Assembly (NCBI GenBank): GCA_965214095.1
Contig: OZ243938.1
Location: 4,576,001 to 4,640,000 of the forward strand
Reading direction: 5' to 3'
Length of the DNA stretch: 64,000 nucleotides
From: Candidatus Poribacteria bacterium
GTDB taxonomy: Bacteria; Poribacteria; WGA-4E; WGA-3G
The translations under genes and the position numbers were made by a program. A model generated the notes under the pieces. The model was not told where the DNA came from. It did no database searches and saw only the letters and a list, made by a program, of their open reading frames with translations. Of this stretch, positions 10,374-23,100 are shown piece after piece (the first letter of the stretch is position 1; each line of letters starts with the position of its first letter).

Positions 10374-11474
10374 GTGCGGGAAATATATCAAAAAATCCCA
10401 GAATTAATCGGATCCGATCAGGTTAGTGCCTACTGTACTGTGGTTGAAACGAAAGGCTCTACACCACAAAAACCGGGGGCAAAACTGCTGATTCTCCCCG
10501 ATTTACGTAATATTGGCACACTCGGAGGCGGATGTGTTGAAGCCGAAGCACGGCGACAAGCTATTGGATTGATGCAAGATGGCACGCCTCGTCTCTTGGA
10601 GTTTCAACTGGATAGTGATTACGGTTGGGATGATGGACTCATCTGTGGAGGAAATATGAAGATCTTCATTGATGTACCTAAAACTCGTTCAGAGGCAGAC
10701 ATATTTACACGTCTAAAGGAATTAAATGCCGCAAAGGTACCCCTTGTCTGTGCAACGGTTGTCAAAAGCAATCAGCAAAACTCAAATGTCGGAATGAAGA
10801 TGATTTTCGCATCTAACGGTGAACGAATTGGCACATTAGGAAATCCTCTATTAGAATCGGATGTTGAAGATCAGATGACCGACATCCTTACAAAAAATAA
10901 TGCAGACATCTTTAATCAGAATGATAACACATCCATCTTTCTTGAACCTCTTCAACCCAGACCTACGTTGCTCATTGCAGGAGCAGGCCATGTCGGACAG
11001 GCACTATGCCATATCGGCAACTGGTTAGATTTTGACATTGTTATCATTGATGATAGGGCAGATTTTGCTTCATCTGAACGATTGCCTGAAGCAGACGAAA
11101 TTATTATTGGTGATATCGCTGAAGAACTCAAAAAATATCCAAAAAATCATTTGACTTATGTAGTTATTGTTACCAGAGGACATCAACACGATGAATCTGC
11201 TCTCCACAGTGTCGTGGAATCGGATGCCCGTTATATCGGATTAATTGGCAGCAGGAGGAAAATAAAGCTTATATTTGATGATCTGCTTGAAATCGGAATA
11301 CCGAAAGAAAGATTGCAACGCGTTTATGCACCAATTGGACTGGATATAAACTCCAAAACTGTTCCTGAAATTGCTGTTAGTATCGCATCACAACTCATAA
11401 AAATACGCAATAGTGTAAATAGTGGAGAAGCTTATGATGCAAGACCTGAAAAAATGCCTACCATTAAAATATGA
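10374..11474 (+). CDS. xdhC: XdhC/CoxI family molybdoenzyme maturation factor
   Basis: GSTPQKPGAK, GTLGGGCVE, GLICGG, AGAGHVG, VTRGHQHD, YIGLIGSRRK, APIGLDI. Confidence 0.9.
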   Translation: MREIYQKIPELIGSDQVSAYCTVVETKGSTPQKPGAKLLILPDLRNIGTLGGGCVEAEARRQAIGLMQDGTPRLLEFQLDSDYGWDDGLICGGNMKIFIDVPKTRSEADIFTRLKELNAAKVPLVCATVVKSNQQNSNVGMKMIFASNGERIGTLGNPLLESDVEDQMTDILTKNNADIFNQNDNTSIFLEPLQPRPTLLIAGAGHVGQALCHIGNWLDFDIVIIDDRADFASSERLPEADEIIIGDIAEELKKYPKNHLTYVVIVTRGHQHDESALHSVVESDARYIGLIGSRRKIKLIFDDLLEIGIPKERLQRVYAPIGLDINSKTVPEIAVSIASQLIKIRNSVNSGEAYDARPEKMPTIKI

Positions 11475-11827
11475 GGAATGAGAAAATGAATCACGTTAAA
11501 TTGGAAGAAAACAAAAACTATACCCTTGCAGAAGTGGTAGAGATAGTCCAGGACACTTTGGAAGTTGTCAAGGAAAATTCTGAACATTGTCATTTGCAAT
11601 TTTCTCCTATTGATATTTATTGGTTGCTGCACAATATGCTTTCGTATGTAAATAGAAATGTTCCGGGTGAATTTGCCCTTCGACGGAATCATAAAGGTTC
11701 ATATAGGATTCGATATAGAACAGAAGAAGCAGAAAAAATACGCGCTGCAAAGAAAATCAAAGAAAATGTAAAAAAATCCGCAGATTATTTAGAAGAATTA
11801 ACTGGTAACAGACCCTCTTGGGGATAA
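11471..11827 (+). CDS. Hypothetical protein
   Basis: 118-aa ORF overlapping the xdhC stop (ATGA); alternative start at 11486. Confidence 0.55.
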   Translation: MRNEKMNHVKLEENKNYTLAEVVEIVQDTLEVVKENSEHCHLQFSPIDIYWLLHNMLSYVNRNVPGEFALRRNHKGSYRIRYRTEEAEKIRAAKKIKENVKKSADYLEELTGNRPSWG

Positions 11828-11862
11828 TCTGTGATTTCAATTAGAGTGGGTTATCAGACTAT

Positions 11863-11955
11863 TATACCAAATTTACGAGGTTGTCCTGTTTTTGATGCTG
11901 AGAACACGGACGGGCAGGGGAACCCTGCCCCTACGATTTAGGTTAATTTGGTACT
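11863..11955. repeat. MITE-like element: TACCAAATT/AATTTGGTA inverted ends enclosing a GTAG-family REP hairpin
   Basis: GGGCAGGG-gaa-CCCTGCCC followed by CTAC at 11912-11934, between inverted 9-bp ends. Confidence 0.55.
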
Positions 11956-11990
11956 ACATAACTTGGATTGATACAATTGAGGAGTGTTTT

Positions 11991-12887
11991 ATGAATCAAG
12001 ATCAAACGATAAACATTGAAGACATAGAAATGTCGGTTGACAATTTAGATTTTCAGAAAGCAGCTGATATATTTGATCAGCACGGATGTCTTGTCGTGCG
12101 TGGTCTGATGAATCCCTATATCAAAGAAATACATAAAGATATTGAAGCTGCAGCAGCAGAATCTTTGGCACTTCTTGATCAAGCACAGCAGATAACTGAA
12201 GGATGGCGAACGCCAAACGGCACTCTCTTCATCCCTGCTCCACAAGGATATGATCGTGACAAACAGATTATGGTCCTCTCAATCAATTATCAGACAAGTG
12301 CAGCTTTTTTCCGAGCTGCTTTTGATGAAAATGCTATTGGAATCGTTGAAGCGATTTTAGGTCAGAACGTTGAGATATTTGGAAATGGACAGTGTCTGTA
12401 TAAAGAACCTGTTGGTGGACATCCCAAACACCTACATCAAGACTCAGCTTATTTTGAACATCGCTTTCAAGGACCCGTTGGTATTCTGAATTATGTAGTG
12501 GATACTGACCTTGTGAATGGTGCGTTGTATGTAGTTCCTGGCTCACATCAACTTGGTCAATTGAAACATGTGGATACATTTTCACATCTTGGTTTAGAGG
12601 AGGATGAATGGCCTTGGGAAAGTGCACTGCCTGTTGTTGGTAATGCAGGAGACTCTATATTCTTCAATGTTAAGACAGTACACGGATCTAAACAGAACAT
12701 GTCAGATAAACCGCGTCCGGTATTTATCAACCGTTATCGACGGACAGATGACTTTGTAATAATTGGTGGCACTACCACCACAAATCGTGCAGAGGCAGAG
12801 AAACGCGCAGCTGCCGCTGAAGAAGCAAAGAAATCCAATTCTGACCGCGGTTTGATGGTACGTGGTTTTCGCCCCTTCAAAGCATAG
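11991..12887 (+). CDS. Phytanoyl-CoA dioxygenase (PhyH) family Fe(II)/2OG oxygenase
   Basis: LHQDSAYF, NGALYVVPGSH, VHGS; start placed after the GAGGAG RBS. Confidence 0.88.
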   Translation: MNQDQTINIEDIEMSVDNLDFQKAADIFDQHGCLVVRGLMNPYIKEIHKDIEAAAAESLALLDQAQQITEGWRTPNGTLFIPAPQGYDRDKQIMVLSINYQTSAAFFRAAFDENAIGIVEAILGQNVEIFGNGQCLYKEPVGGHPKHLHQDSAYFEHRFQGPVGILNYVVDTDLVNGALYVVPGSHQLGQLKHVDTFSHLGLEEDEWPWESALPVVGNAGDSIFFNVKTVHGSKQNMSDKPRPVFINRYRRTDDFVIIGGTTTTNRAEAEKRAAAAEEAKKSNSDRGLMVRGFRPFKA

Positions 12888-12935
12888 ACAGGACAATAAC
12901 AGGTACAACCTACCTAAATAGGAATTACAATCATT

Positions 12936-13763
12936 ATGCAACTTCCAGAAACACAACTTGCACAATTCAGAGAAAATGGTTATATCGTATTTGAAGACTT
13001 TTTCTCAACAACTGAGGCTGATGCACTGCGGCTTGAATTAGAACGTATATACAATACTGAACTTGAAAAAGGCACAGGAATCAACTGTGCTATTCAAGAA
13101 GATGGAACGAAACGCAACAATGAAGGTGAACGACAGAACCTACAAGTTATTCCACTAAACAACCGCAGCGATCTACACAAAGCATTGCCTTTTCATCCTA
13201 AAGTTGTCTCCGTTGTCAAGCAACTTATTGGTGATGAATTTATGCTGGAACTCGACCAAGCATTTTGGAAACCACCCAAAGTTGGTATAGGTACGAGTTG
13301 GCATCAGGATAATGCATATTTCAAAATAGCTGACCCACTACGCGGTACTGCTATGTGGATTGCTATTCACGACGCAAACATTCAAAATGGATGTTTACAT
13401 GTTATCCCCGGCAGCCACCGCGAATCTTACGAACACTACCGCGACCCACTAAGCGATCATCATATCCGATGCGATCCACCGGAAGAACGCGCCGTTCCTA
13501 TTGAGTTAAAGGCAGGTGGCGTGTTATTCTTCTGCTACGGGGTTGCACATTGCACAAGACAAAATCTATCTGACAAAGAACGCGCAGGCGTAGCACTCCA
13601 TTTCCTACATAATGATTTCGGTGGAAAAGATATCTGGGAACGAAATAATGCTACCAAACCGATGATTTCAGGTTCTTTGTCAACCGGTGGAGAGAAAGAA
13701 TTCGGTCAGAAGTTTGAAGGTAGGTGGCAAGAATTAATGGATAGTGTACTCGCTTCTTCCTAA
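12936..13763 (+). CDS. PhyH family Fe(II)/2OG oxygenase
   Basis: FRENGY, WHQDNAYF, NGCLHVIPGSH, AHCTRQN..R. Confidence 0.9.
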   Translation: MQLPETQLAQFRENGYIVFEDFFSTTEADALRLELERIYNTELEKGTGINCAIQEDGTKRNNEGERQNLQVIPLNNRSDLHKALPFHPKVVSVVKQLIGDEFMLELDQAFWKPPKVGIGTSWHQDNAYFKIADPLRGTAMWIAIHDANIQNGCLHVIPGSHRESYEHYRDPLSDHHIRCDPPEERAVPIELKAGGVLFFCYGVAHCTRQNLSDKERAGVALHFLHNDFGGKDIWERNNATKPMISGSLSTGGEKEFGQKFEGRWQELMDSVLASS

Positions 13764-13828
13764 TCAAGTTGTCCGTTATTTTTTAGTAAACTAACCAATT
13801 ATATCTACACACCTTCTCAGCGTGTGTA

Positions 13829-13933
13829 TTATAGTAGATTTTGAAATTACTTGAACACTCTGCATCGGCGAGGTTAGGAAACCTCGCCTACCGTGGGTCG
13901 AAAGTGTCAACTTATATTTATAATTCACTATAA
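13829..13933. mobile_element. 105-bp MITE-like element (TTATAGT...ACTATAA ends) carrying a REP hairpin
   Basis: Imperfect ~31-bp TIRs; internal GGCGAGGTT-agga-AACCTCGCC-TACC; near-identical copy at 55981. Confidence 0.75.
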
Positions 13934-14167
13934 AGATTAAAATACATCCACATTATTTCATTGATTAAGATCAAACAATAGTCACGCTGTGTTTGCGCAT
14001 TGATAATTCTGTCATCAATGAAATCTACTCCATAAGAATTGTGTTCGTTGTAAAATCCATAACTCCGATTTGTATATAGAATGTTGATCTTTTGATTAAA
14101 CTCAAGAATGGACAAATGAATTTGGATACTTTATACTATTGTATATAGGTTCTACACGGAGGTATTA

Positions 14168-17100
14168 ATGTTTAAAAGAATAAACATTTCATATTTCACA
14201 TGCGTTCTGTGTCTGATATTTGCACTCTCCTTAATCCCAATTTTCTCTTTCGCTCAGCAATCAGCAAACGATGAGAGCATCATAGCACGTTATAAACAGA
14301 TACTGCTTGGCAAGCCAAAAGAAGGAAGTACTTTTGACCGCCTCTATCAGTTCTATCTTGAAGGGGATGGCTTAGAAGCAATGCTCAACGAATATCAAAC
14401 CGAAGCACAAAATGAACCTAACAATCCAAATCTCCAACTCATCTTGGGGCATCTTTACAAAAGGCTTGGAAAAGACACACAAGCCATCACTTCCTATCAA
14501 CGCGCTGTTGAACTGTCACCAGATAACTATTACTCACATTTTGCTTTAGGAAAGTTATATAAAACGCTACGCAAACATGAAGAAGCTATAAAGGAATTGA
14601 GAGAAGCAGCCGATCTGTCAGAGAAAGTCCAGGATGTTCCTCCAGATGAACTGACATCAATATATCAAGCTCTCGGATACTCGTTTTTCCATCGTGATAG
14701 AGTAGATGAAGCAATTCAGACATGGCAAAAAATCGCTGAGCTCGATCCAATGGACATCTTTGCACGCATTGAACTCGCTGAACTTTTCCGTGAACAAGAA
14801 CTATATCAACAGGCTATCGCACAACATGAAGATATAATAAAATTGAAGAAAGACGACCCATATAGAGTCTGTTTGAGCCACAGAGAAATCGGGAATATCC
14901 TTGAAATTAAAGGTGACATTCAAGACGCTGTGAAAAGATATGACACTGCACTTGAAATTACCGCGCAAGGTAACTGGTTACGGAAAGACATACAACACCG
15001 TATCATCGGTATCTTCGCTTCAGATAGCAATTGGGATGGATTGATAAACTATTACAAAGAGAAACTTGATGATAATCCGAATGACCCTGAACTTCTCAGT
15101 TTGATCGCAGCTGCATACATTGAGAATCAGCAACTTGATGAAGGAATCAAGACATACCACAAAGGATTAGAACTTGCACCCACTGACACCAATCTACGAC
15201 TAAATCTCATTGCCTCACTCCGATATGCAGAAAAGTTTGATGAGGCAGCTACAGAATATGAAACTCTCAACAAACAAGATCCTGACAATATCGGTATATA
15301 CAGAGAACTCGGTGAACTCTATCATCAACTTGGCGACCGTGAAAAAGCAGAACAGGTTTATCAACGTTTGATTGACCAATCCCCTGACAATCCAAGCACT
15401 TACCTAACCTTGGCTGAAATATATACTGGACACGAATGGATTGAAGAAGCCACATCACATTATGAAAAGGCATTATCTCTTGTCCCAAACAATCTGGATT
15501 ATATTGAGTATTTTGGTGATTTTTATCTTAGACAAGGGAATCGTGAGAAGGCACTTGAGACTTGGAACAGAATGGTTACTGAAGACAAAGCAAATGCTGT
15601 CAACTATGATCGTCTTGCGAAGTTACTAAAAACCAAACATTTCAAAAAGGAATCAATCGCAGCTATACGAAAAGCTGCTGAGTTGATGCCAGAAGAATAT
15701 AGTTATAGAGAAACATTAGCAAAATACCTTACAGAGAACGAAGAATATGACAAAGCACTTGTTGAATACCACGTGGCGATGCAACTTGCGCCAAATCAAT
15801 TTTTTGCTGATAAAATGAATGATAGAGCGATTGAACTCTATCGCAGACAAGGAACACTCACAGAGAAGATTAAAGAAATAGAAACAGAACTTGAAAATAC
15901 TGCACTATCTGAAACTGAACGTTTCGCACATCAGAAGCAGCTCGTAAAGATGTATCTGAAGATGGGAAACATTAGTTATGCGATGGAAGTATTGTTACAG
16001 ACTAAAGAGATGATGCCAGATGACATCACCATAAACCGTTGGCTTGCAAACGTATACTATCGTCAAGGTAGACGCGATGCAGCAAATTATATCTACACAA
16101 ACCTTATTGAGATAGACAGTGCAAATGCTCGCGAATATTATACTAAAATTGCTAAGTCACATCTGAATATCTTTGATTTTGATTCCGCTACAGATACTGC
16201 AAAACAGGTCATCGCAAATAGTCCACGCAATCCCGATGGACATCAACTCCTCGCACAAATTGCTGTCCAATCAGAAAACTATGACTCCGCAATTGATAGT
16301 CTAAAAAATGCAATTAGATTACGACCTGAGGAAATAAAAACACGAATTGAATTGGCAAAGGTTTATTTGCTTGCAGAAAAACCGCAACACGCTTTGGCAC
16401 AATATTGGAGATGTTGGAATCTCAGCGATAGTGTCAATGACAAACTTGATTTGATAAAACCACTCTCAGAAATATATGACGACCTTGGTCGACCGGAAGA
16501 ATTAAGAACAAAACTCAAGAAATTAGCAAGATCAAATACTACTTGGGTTGCGGCTGTTCTGGCACTATCTGAACTTCAACGGATGAAAGGTAATATAGAA
16601 GGTGCGCGATTTCAATTGGCACAAGCGTTGAACAGACAAAGAGATAATCCTGCATTGTTATACCACTTAGTAAATATCACCTTAGAGATGGATGAAATAC
16701 AGGAAGCACTAACATATCAACAACAGCTTGTCAAAGTTCAACCAAATTCTGATAACCAGCAGCAGCTTGGGAAAATACTGTTTGATCTTGGACGTGAACA
16801 AGAAGCAATACAAGTCTGGACAAAACTACTGCATGCAAAAAACCAGACGCTTGAGGCAGAAGTAAAACTTGCATCTTTATTGCTACGCAACGGTCTGCAA
16901 GAACAAGCATTCATCGTCCTTGAACGCGCAGCTGAAAAAATCAGTGGCACTGATGCACACCTCCCACTCTATCAAGTTGGTGCAATGTTAGTGGCTATCT
17001 ATGAAAAAGAACGTGCAATCCCTTATTTCCATGCCATCCTAAACATGTCTGAAAATACAGATAGTTTAACTCAGATAGCAGCCGATCAATCCGCAACAAA

Positions 17101-20100
17101 CACAAACATTATAAATCACAATTATTTCACTGTATCACGCAGTACTATCTCAGATATTCAGAGTAAGCCAACCACAGGAACAGGTAGAGTCCGATGGAGA
17201 CCTAAGACATTAGACGATGCAAAAGTTGGTGCACTGGTACAACTGACAACAATTGCACAGCAACAAGCAAAAGTGAATGATCTCGTCAATAAATTGCAAG
17301 ATGCTGCCGATGCAAATCCTACTGATGTCAATGCACACGTAACCTTAGCAAGATTATATAATCTACTTCAGTATAATGATAAGACAGACGAAGTTGTTGA
17401 TAAGTTGATTGATATCACATCTAACGATACTGCATACCGATACTTACGACTTCAACGTGTGCTGAACGAAGAACTAACACCTGATAAGTTCAAAGATAGA
17501 ATTTCGGAATTACCTTCAATTACGTCTGATGATCGCTTGCAATTTATGGCAAAATATGCAGAATCACTGTTTCGTAAAGGAGATGAAGACGAAGCCAATA
17601 AACTCCTAAGTGAAATTGAAAGTGAAAAATCCTCAAATTTTGATACCGTCTATGCATTTGTCATGGCGTTTATACGTGCAGAAAAGACTGATGTAGCACA
17701 AAAACACCTCATGAGGCTTGCTCCGCCACCGCCATCACAAAGTCTATATAATTATGAATACTTATTTAAACATCTCATTAAAACTTACCTTGACAAAGGA
17801 GAACCTGAAAAGGCAATTGATACCTTCTGGGTATTCTTTGAGAAAACAAAACCCAAATCTGTAAACCCAAGACGAATATCCTTACTTTCACAGTCCTCAT
17901 TTACAAGTGGGTATAGTTCATTACCAACAAACTTTCCACCACAATCAGCATACTTCAACCAAGACCGATTAGACTTCCTTGAATACAATTTCCGTGAGTT
18001 CTGGATACATAATCAAGCAAATGGCTTATATTCAAAACTCCAAAATGTGTTTGATACAACCGAAGGTAACAACAGTCTTTATCCGAGTTTAGCACTCTCA
18101 TACTGCTATTGGTGGGATGGCAAACAACAGAATGCTAAAGATATTCTTGTTTCACTACAGAATGAATTCCCTGATGACCTCATTCTCAAGCACAATATTG
18201 CAGCTCTCTATATTCAGACTGGAAATGTACGCGAAGCAATGAATATTGTTGAAAAACTTACACAGGTAGATGCAAGTAAACAACTTCAATACTACGAATT
18301 GATGTTGGAACTTGCTACACAATTGGGGGATATGGATAAATTACGAGAGTTAATTCCAAAAATACTAAATTCTTCATATAGTGCCGATGTATTATACCAG
18401 TTTTCTAATATGCTTGATGACCGTGGTTTTACACAGCAGGCAATTACATTTGCATTAAAAGCCAAGTCAATAGTTATGAAACAGAGAAACACCTCTCTCT
18501 TGACAAATTTAGCTTACCATCTCAACTCACTTGGTAGAGCAAAAGATAGTCAAGAACTTTATACTCGCGCAATGCAATTCTCTAACAATTCCAATAGAAG
18601 TGGAAGAGCAGCATCATCACGGAATATCTCTCAATCCGCAAATTCATACCGCACATCACAAGATAGAGAGAATAATGAAAGGAAATTAGTCCAAGATGCA
18701 CAGAACAAACCTGACTCATTTCAAGCACAAATTAAATTGGCTGTCCACTATGAACGTTTGAATCAAATTGATAAAGCAACAAAAGCTTATGAGTCAGCAC
18801 TTGCCTTACGACCAAAGGACAATAATACCAGACTACAATACGTCAGAATGTTAGAACAAAACGGTAAAGCTACAGATGCAATTTCAGATTACGCCATTCT
18901 CTTGAAGAGTAATTCCAGTGTGTTAGACTACGAACATGACATCGCAATAGATGCATTCGTTGAAGCTGAAAAATTGGATGAACTGATTTCAATCACAAAT
19001 GACATTATCATGCCTGTTGGACAATATGCTGGCAGCGAATTCACCGTTGTTGTCGCACGCAGATGTCTCACTGAAAATAGAACTGAAGATGCTATCAAGT
19101 TATTTGAGAAGATTATCAAGACACATCCAAGTTGGACAGCACTCCACCAAGAATTGGCATCCATCTATGTCAACGCAGGTCACCCTGAGACAGCAATTCA
19201 GTTTCTAACTGAAAAGCAGAAAAGTGATAGATCATCTCTATCAGATACAGGGTTCATTGTCAAAATTGCTGAAATCTATCTGTCATCGGGTAATTCTGAG
19301 AAAGCAGTCAATTACTTGAAAGATAAAATCAATGAACAAGAACAATCAAAATCAACCATTCCTCTTGTTCTAAAACTTGCTGATATATATAAAAATAGCG
19401 TTGAATTACACAACTTAATTGACGAATACCAAGCTAAACTCGCTGAAAATCCGACTGATACAGACCTTCTCTATGTCATAACTTCTATGAAGTTAAAAAC
19501 TGATGATACTGAAGGTGTAAAAGACTTTGTTGATCAAGTGACTGAAAAAGTAAACACGTCTATCTCTACGCAATGGTTATATGATCTGTCGGATGCTTGT
19601 AGAGACAAAGAACTGCCCGAACTACAGTTCCGTCTCCTTGAAGCCGCTGTAGAAAAATTGGAAAACACTAACTCATGGCAACTTGAGAGGGGTTATCAAA
19701 AACTTGCAGAGGAACATCTGAAAAAAGGTGACATAGAAAAAGCACAAATCGCAACACGAAAGATGGGAAAACTCATATCAATGTCAGATGGATGGGGCAG
19801 AATATATGACAAGAGAAAACTCGCAACCACTTATATGCAATATCAAATGTGGGACGATGCACTAACACTCTATTCAGAAATAATCAACAATCTTGGGGCA
19901 TCAAGTTATGAAAGAAGTAATTCTCAAGAAAAGTATTTGGATATAAAACAACGACGTGGTGATCTTGATGTTATAACTGATGCGGAAATAAAACAACTGC
20001 CAATCAGTTTGCAGCAAGACTATGCAGATGAATTTGAATACATAGGTAAAATTGATAAGACAATTCAGATATACAACCGTATCATCAAAACCACACCAGA

Positions 20101-23100
20101 AGATTTTTACACCCGCGAACAACTTGCTGATCTCTATACACGCATCGGTCAACACGATAAGTCCCAACAAATATGGACAGAACTGCTTGAATTAGACCCA
20201 GGAAACACATTATACCAAGATGGACTTGTCCAATGTCTTCAATCTGCTGACAAACTCAACGATGCTTATGAACTTGCACAGAAATACATACAGGAAGAAC
20301 CTGAAGTTGGCGCACACTACCTAAGACTTGCCGGACTATATGCCGATGAAAATCGAATTGATGACGCAATAGTAAACTATGAGAAAGTAAATGAATTGGC
20401 ACCAGGAAACCAATCTACTTATCTCAATCTGGCAAATATGTACCTACGCGCTGATAATTTTGTCAAGGCAGAAGATGCTTTCAACAATGCACTTCAACAC
20501 ACTACATCAAGCTACCAAAGAAATGATATTGAAGACCAGATACTAAACATATATCGTTATCAAGGTAAATTAGAAGAAAAGTTTAAGGATATAGAAGCAA
20601 AGGGTATGCTGACATCGGATAAGCAGGCACAAATTGCACGACATCTGCTGAATACAGGTAACACAGAAAAATCTGTGGCAGCGTTTAAGAAAGCCATTGA
20701 TATGACTACAGATTCATATCAAAAGAATAGGTTGTCAAATGAATTACTTGAGGTATATGTTGAAAATGATCAAACCGAATTAGCAACACAACTTTATGAT
20801 AAAATCGCTCTACGTGCTGATTCCAGAAGAAGTACCTCTTACGGAACAACAAGTATCACTGTCTCATCAAATGCAAAAAGGGCACGTGAAACGCTGATCC
20901 GTACCTATAGAAATCAGAATAAACTTGAGAAGCTGAAGACAATATACGAAGCCAAACTCAAAGAAAATCCTAACAAGGTGGACTATCTTGAAACACTTGC
21001 AGAGATCCATTGGGATAGCGAAGATTACAAAAAATCTGCTGAAGTTTACCAAACACTAAACAAAATTCAACCTTACAACTTACGGAATTATTTCTACGCT
21101 GCCGCAGCTACGAAAAAGAGTGGACATCCGGTTAAAGCTCAAGAGATTATAGATAAGGCTGAAACTGCATTCACATCAAGTCCAGAAACAGACGATATAT
21201 GGATACTCAGTCATATCGCTTCTATTTGTCTCCAGAACGACATGAACGATTTAGCACTCAAATACGCACAAACTGCTCTTGAGTTAAACCGTAGCTATGG
21301 CAATAGCATAGTTCAGGAAACATTGTGGGCAATGCTTGGGGAAATATACAAAAACAAAGAACAATACGAAGATGCTGTCAATATGTATCGGCAGGTCGTA
21401 ATAACTACCGACTATGATTATGATAGAAGAAATGCTGAGAGTGCAATTCTCGAGATTACGCAGCAAGGTAAACTCTATGAAAAATGGATTCCTAAACAAC
21501 TTGAAACCGTAGAAAATCGTCCGGATGATATAAACGCACGTTTACTGCTTGCTGAGAATTATGAACTGGCAAAAGAGTTCAAAAATGCAGTCGAACAGTA
21601 TGAAGCCATAAAGGAACTTCAACCCAATAATCCCAAATGGTATAAGAAACTTGCGGAACTCTGTAATAACCTACCAGATGAAAGACAAGAAACAGGTGAA
21701 GTGATAGATGGAACTGCACTCTCACTTGATGGCAATGGAAGTTATGTTGAAATCAATGACAGTGAGATTTTAAACAATATGTCGGATCAGTTAACGGTAT
21801 CAGTATGGTATAAATGCAATGAATATCCAAAAGATTATTCTCCGATTGTTACCAAGACAAATACATGGGATACAGAATTCAAAAATAGAAGCTATCTACT
21901 AAACCTTAAGAATGACGGGACAATTGAGTTTGCAGCATCTCCTAACGGTGAAAGTCATGTAAGCCTTTTTCCATCAAATTATATAATCCAACCCAACACA
22001 TGGACACATCTAACAGGCGTTATTGACGGCAAAAGCAACACAATAAAATTGATTGTTGATGGGAATGAAATTGCAAGAGATGGATTCAAAGGTGTGAATC
22101 AGATATTCAGCAGCAAACTCCCACTCCGAATTGGGTGGACACAAGAGATATTCTCGGGTCATAACTATGTCAACGGATACATTGATGAAGTGCGCGTATG
22201 GAACGTAGCACGATCTACAGAAGATATACGTGCTGATATGAATAAGCAACTCACTGGAGATGAACCCGGTTTAATCGGATACTGGAAATTTGATTCGCAA
22301 CAAGATGATAAGATATTTGATTCTTCACCGAACAAGAACCATGGCACTCTAATCGGAGATGCAAAACTGGAGAAATACCAGCGTCCTATTTTTGAAAGCA
22401 CACGAAATGACAATCTGGCAAAATCGAAAACTTATTATGAAAGATCATTAGAGCTTGAACCCGCATCATACCAGAACTATGACAGATTAGCCAAATTCTA
22501 TCTGCGGACAAACGACAAAGCAAATGCTGAAACATTATATCTTCAAGCATTAGAAGCACCACTGTCACAAAGTGATTATGAATCTGCTATCCAAGCTATC
22601 TCAAAACTATATGCAGTTGAAGGACAGGAACAGGAACACCTTGCTATCCTTGAAAAATTCAAACACAAAATGGCGAGAAGTGCTGATTTTCAAGACCAAT
22701 TGGCTAATCTATACAGAAAAATTGGAGAGGCAGAAAAAGCCGAAGATGCAAACGAAAAATGGTTGAAAATACGGCAGGGAGCGGCAAACAGTAGAAATTA
22801 TGCATCAAGCTACCGGTTGTTTGCAGAGGAATTACTTGCTAAAGGAATCTTCCCTGAAATAGCACTCATGAATGCAAAACTTGCTGTGCATGATTACACA
22901 GGAACAAGTTATTTATACACCACAACACTTGGCAAAGCGTGTATTGCAAACGGAAAAGTTGATGAGGCATTAAGACATTTCAAACAAGCATTAGGTTATA
23001 TTACATCCAATTATTCATACAATTCGTTTTGGAATACTGTCGCAGATACAATTGAGAAAGTTGAGGACAAAGAGGGTTACATACAAAGACTTGACGAATT

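Noticed and set aside
11892-11990. N-terminal extension of PhyH ORF
   Set aside because: It runs through a REP element; a strong RBS precedes ATG 11991
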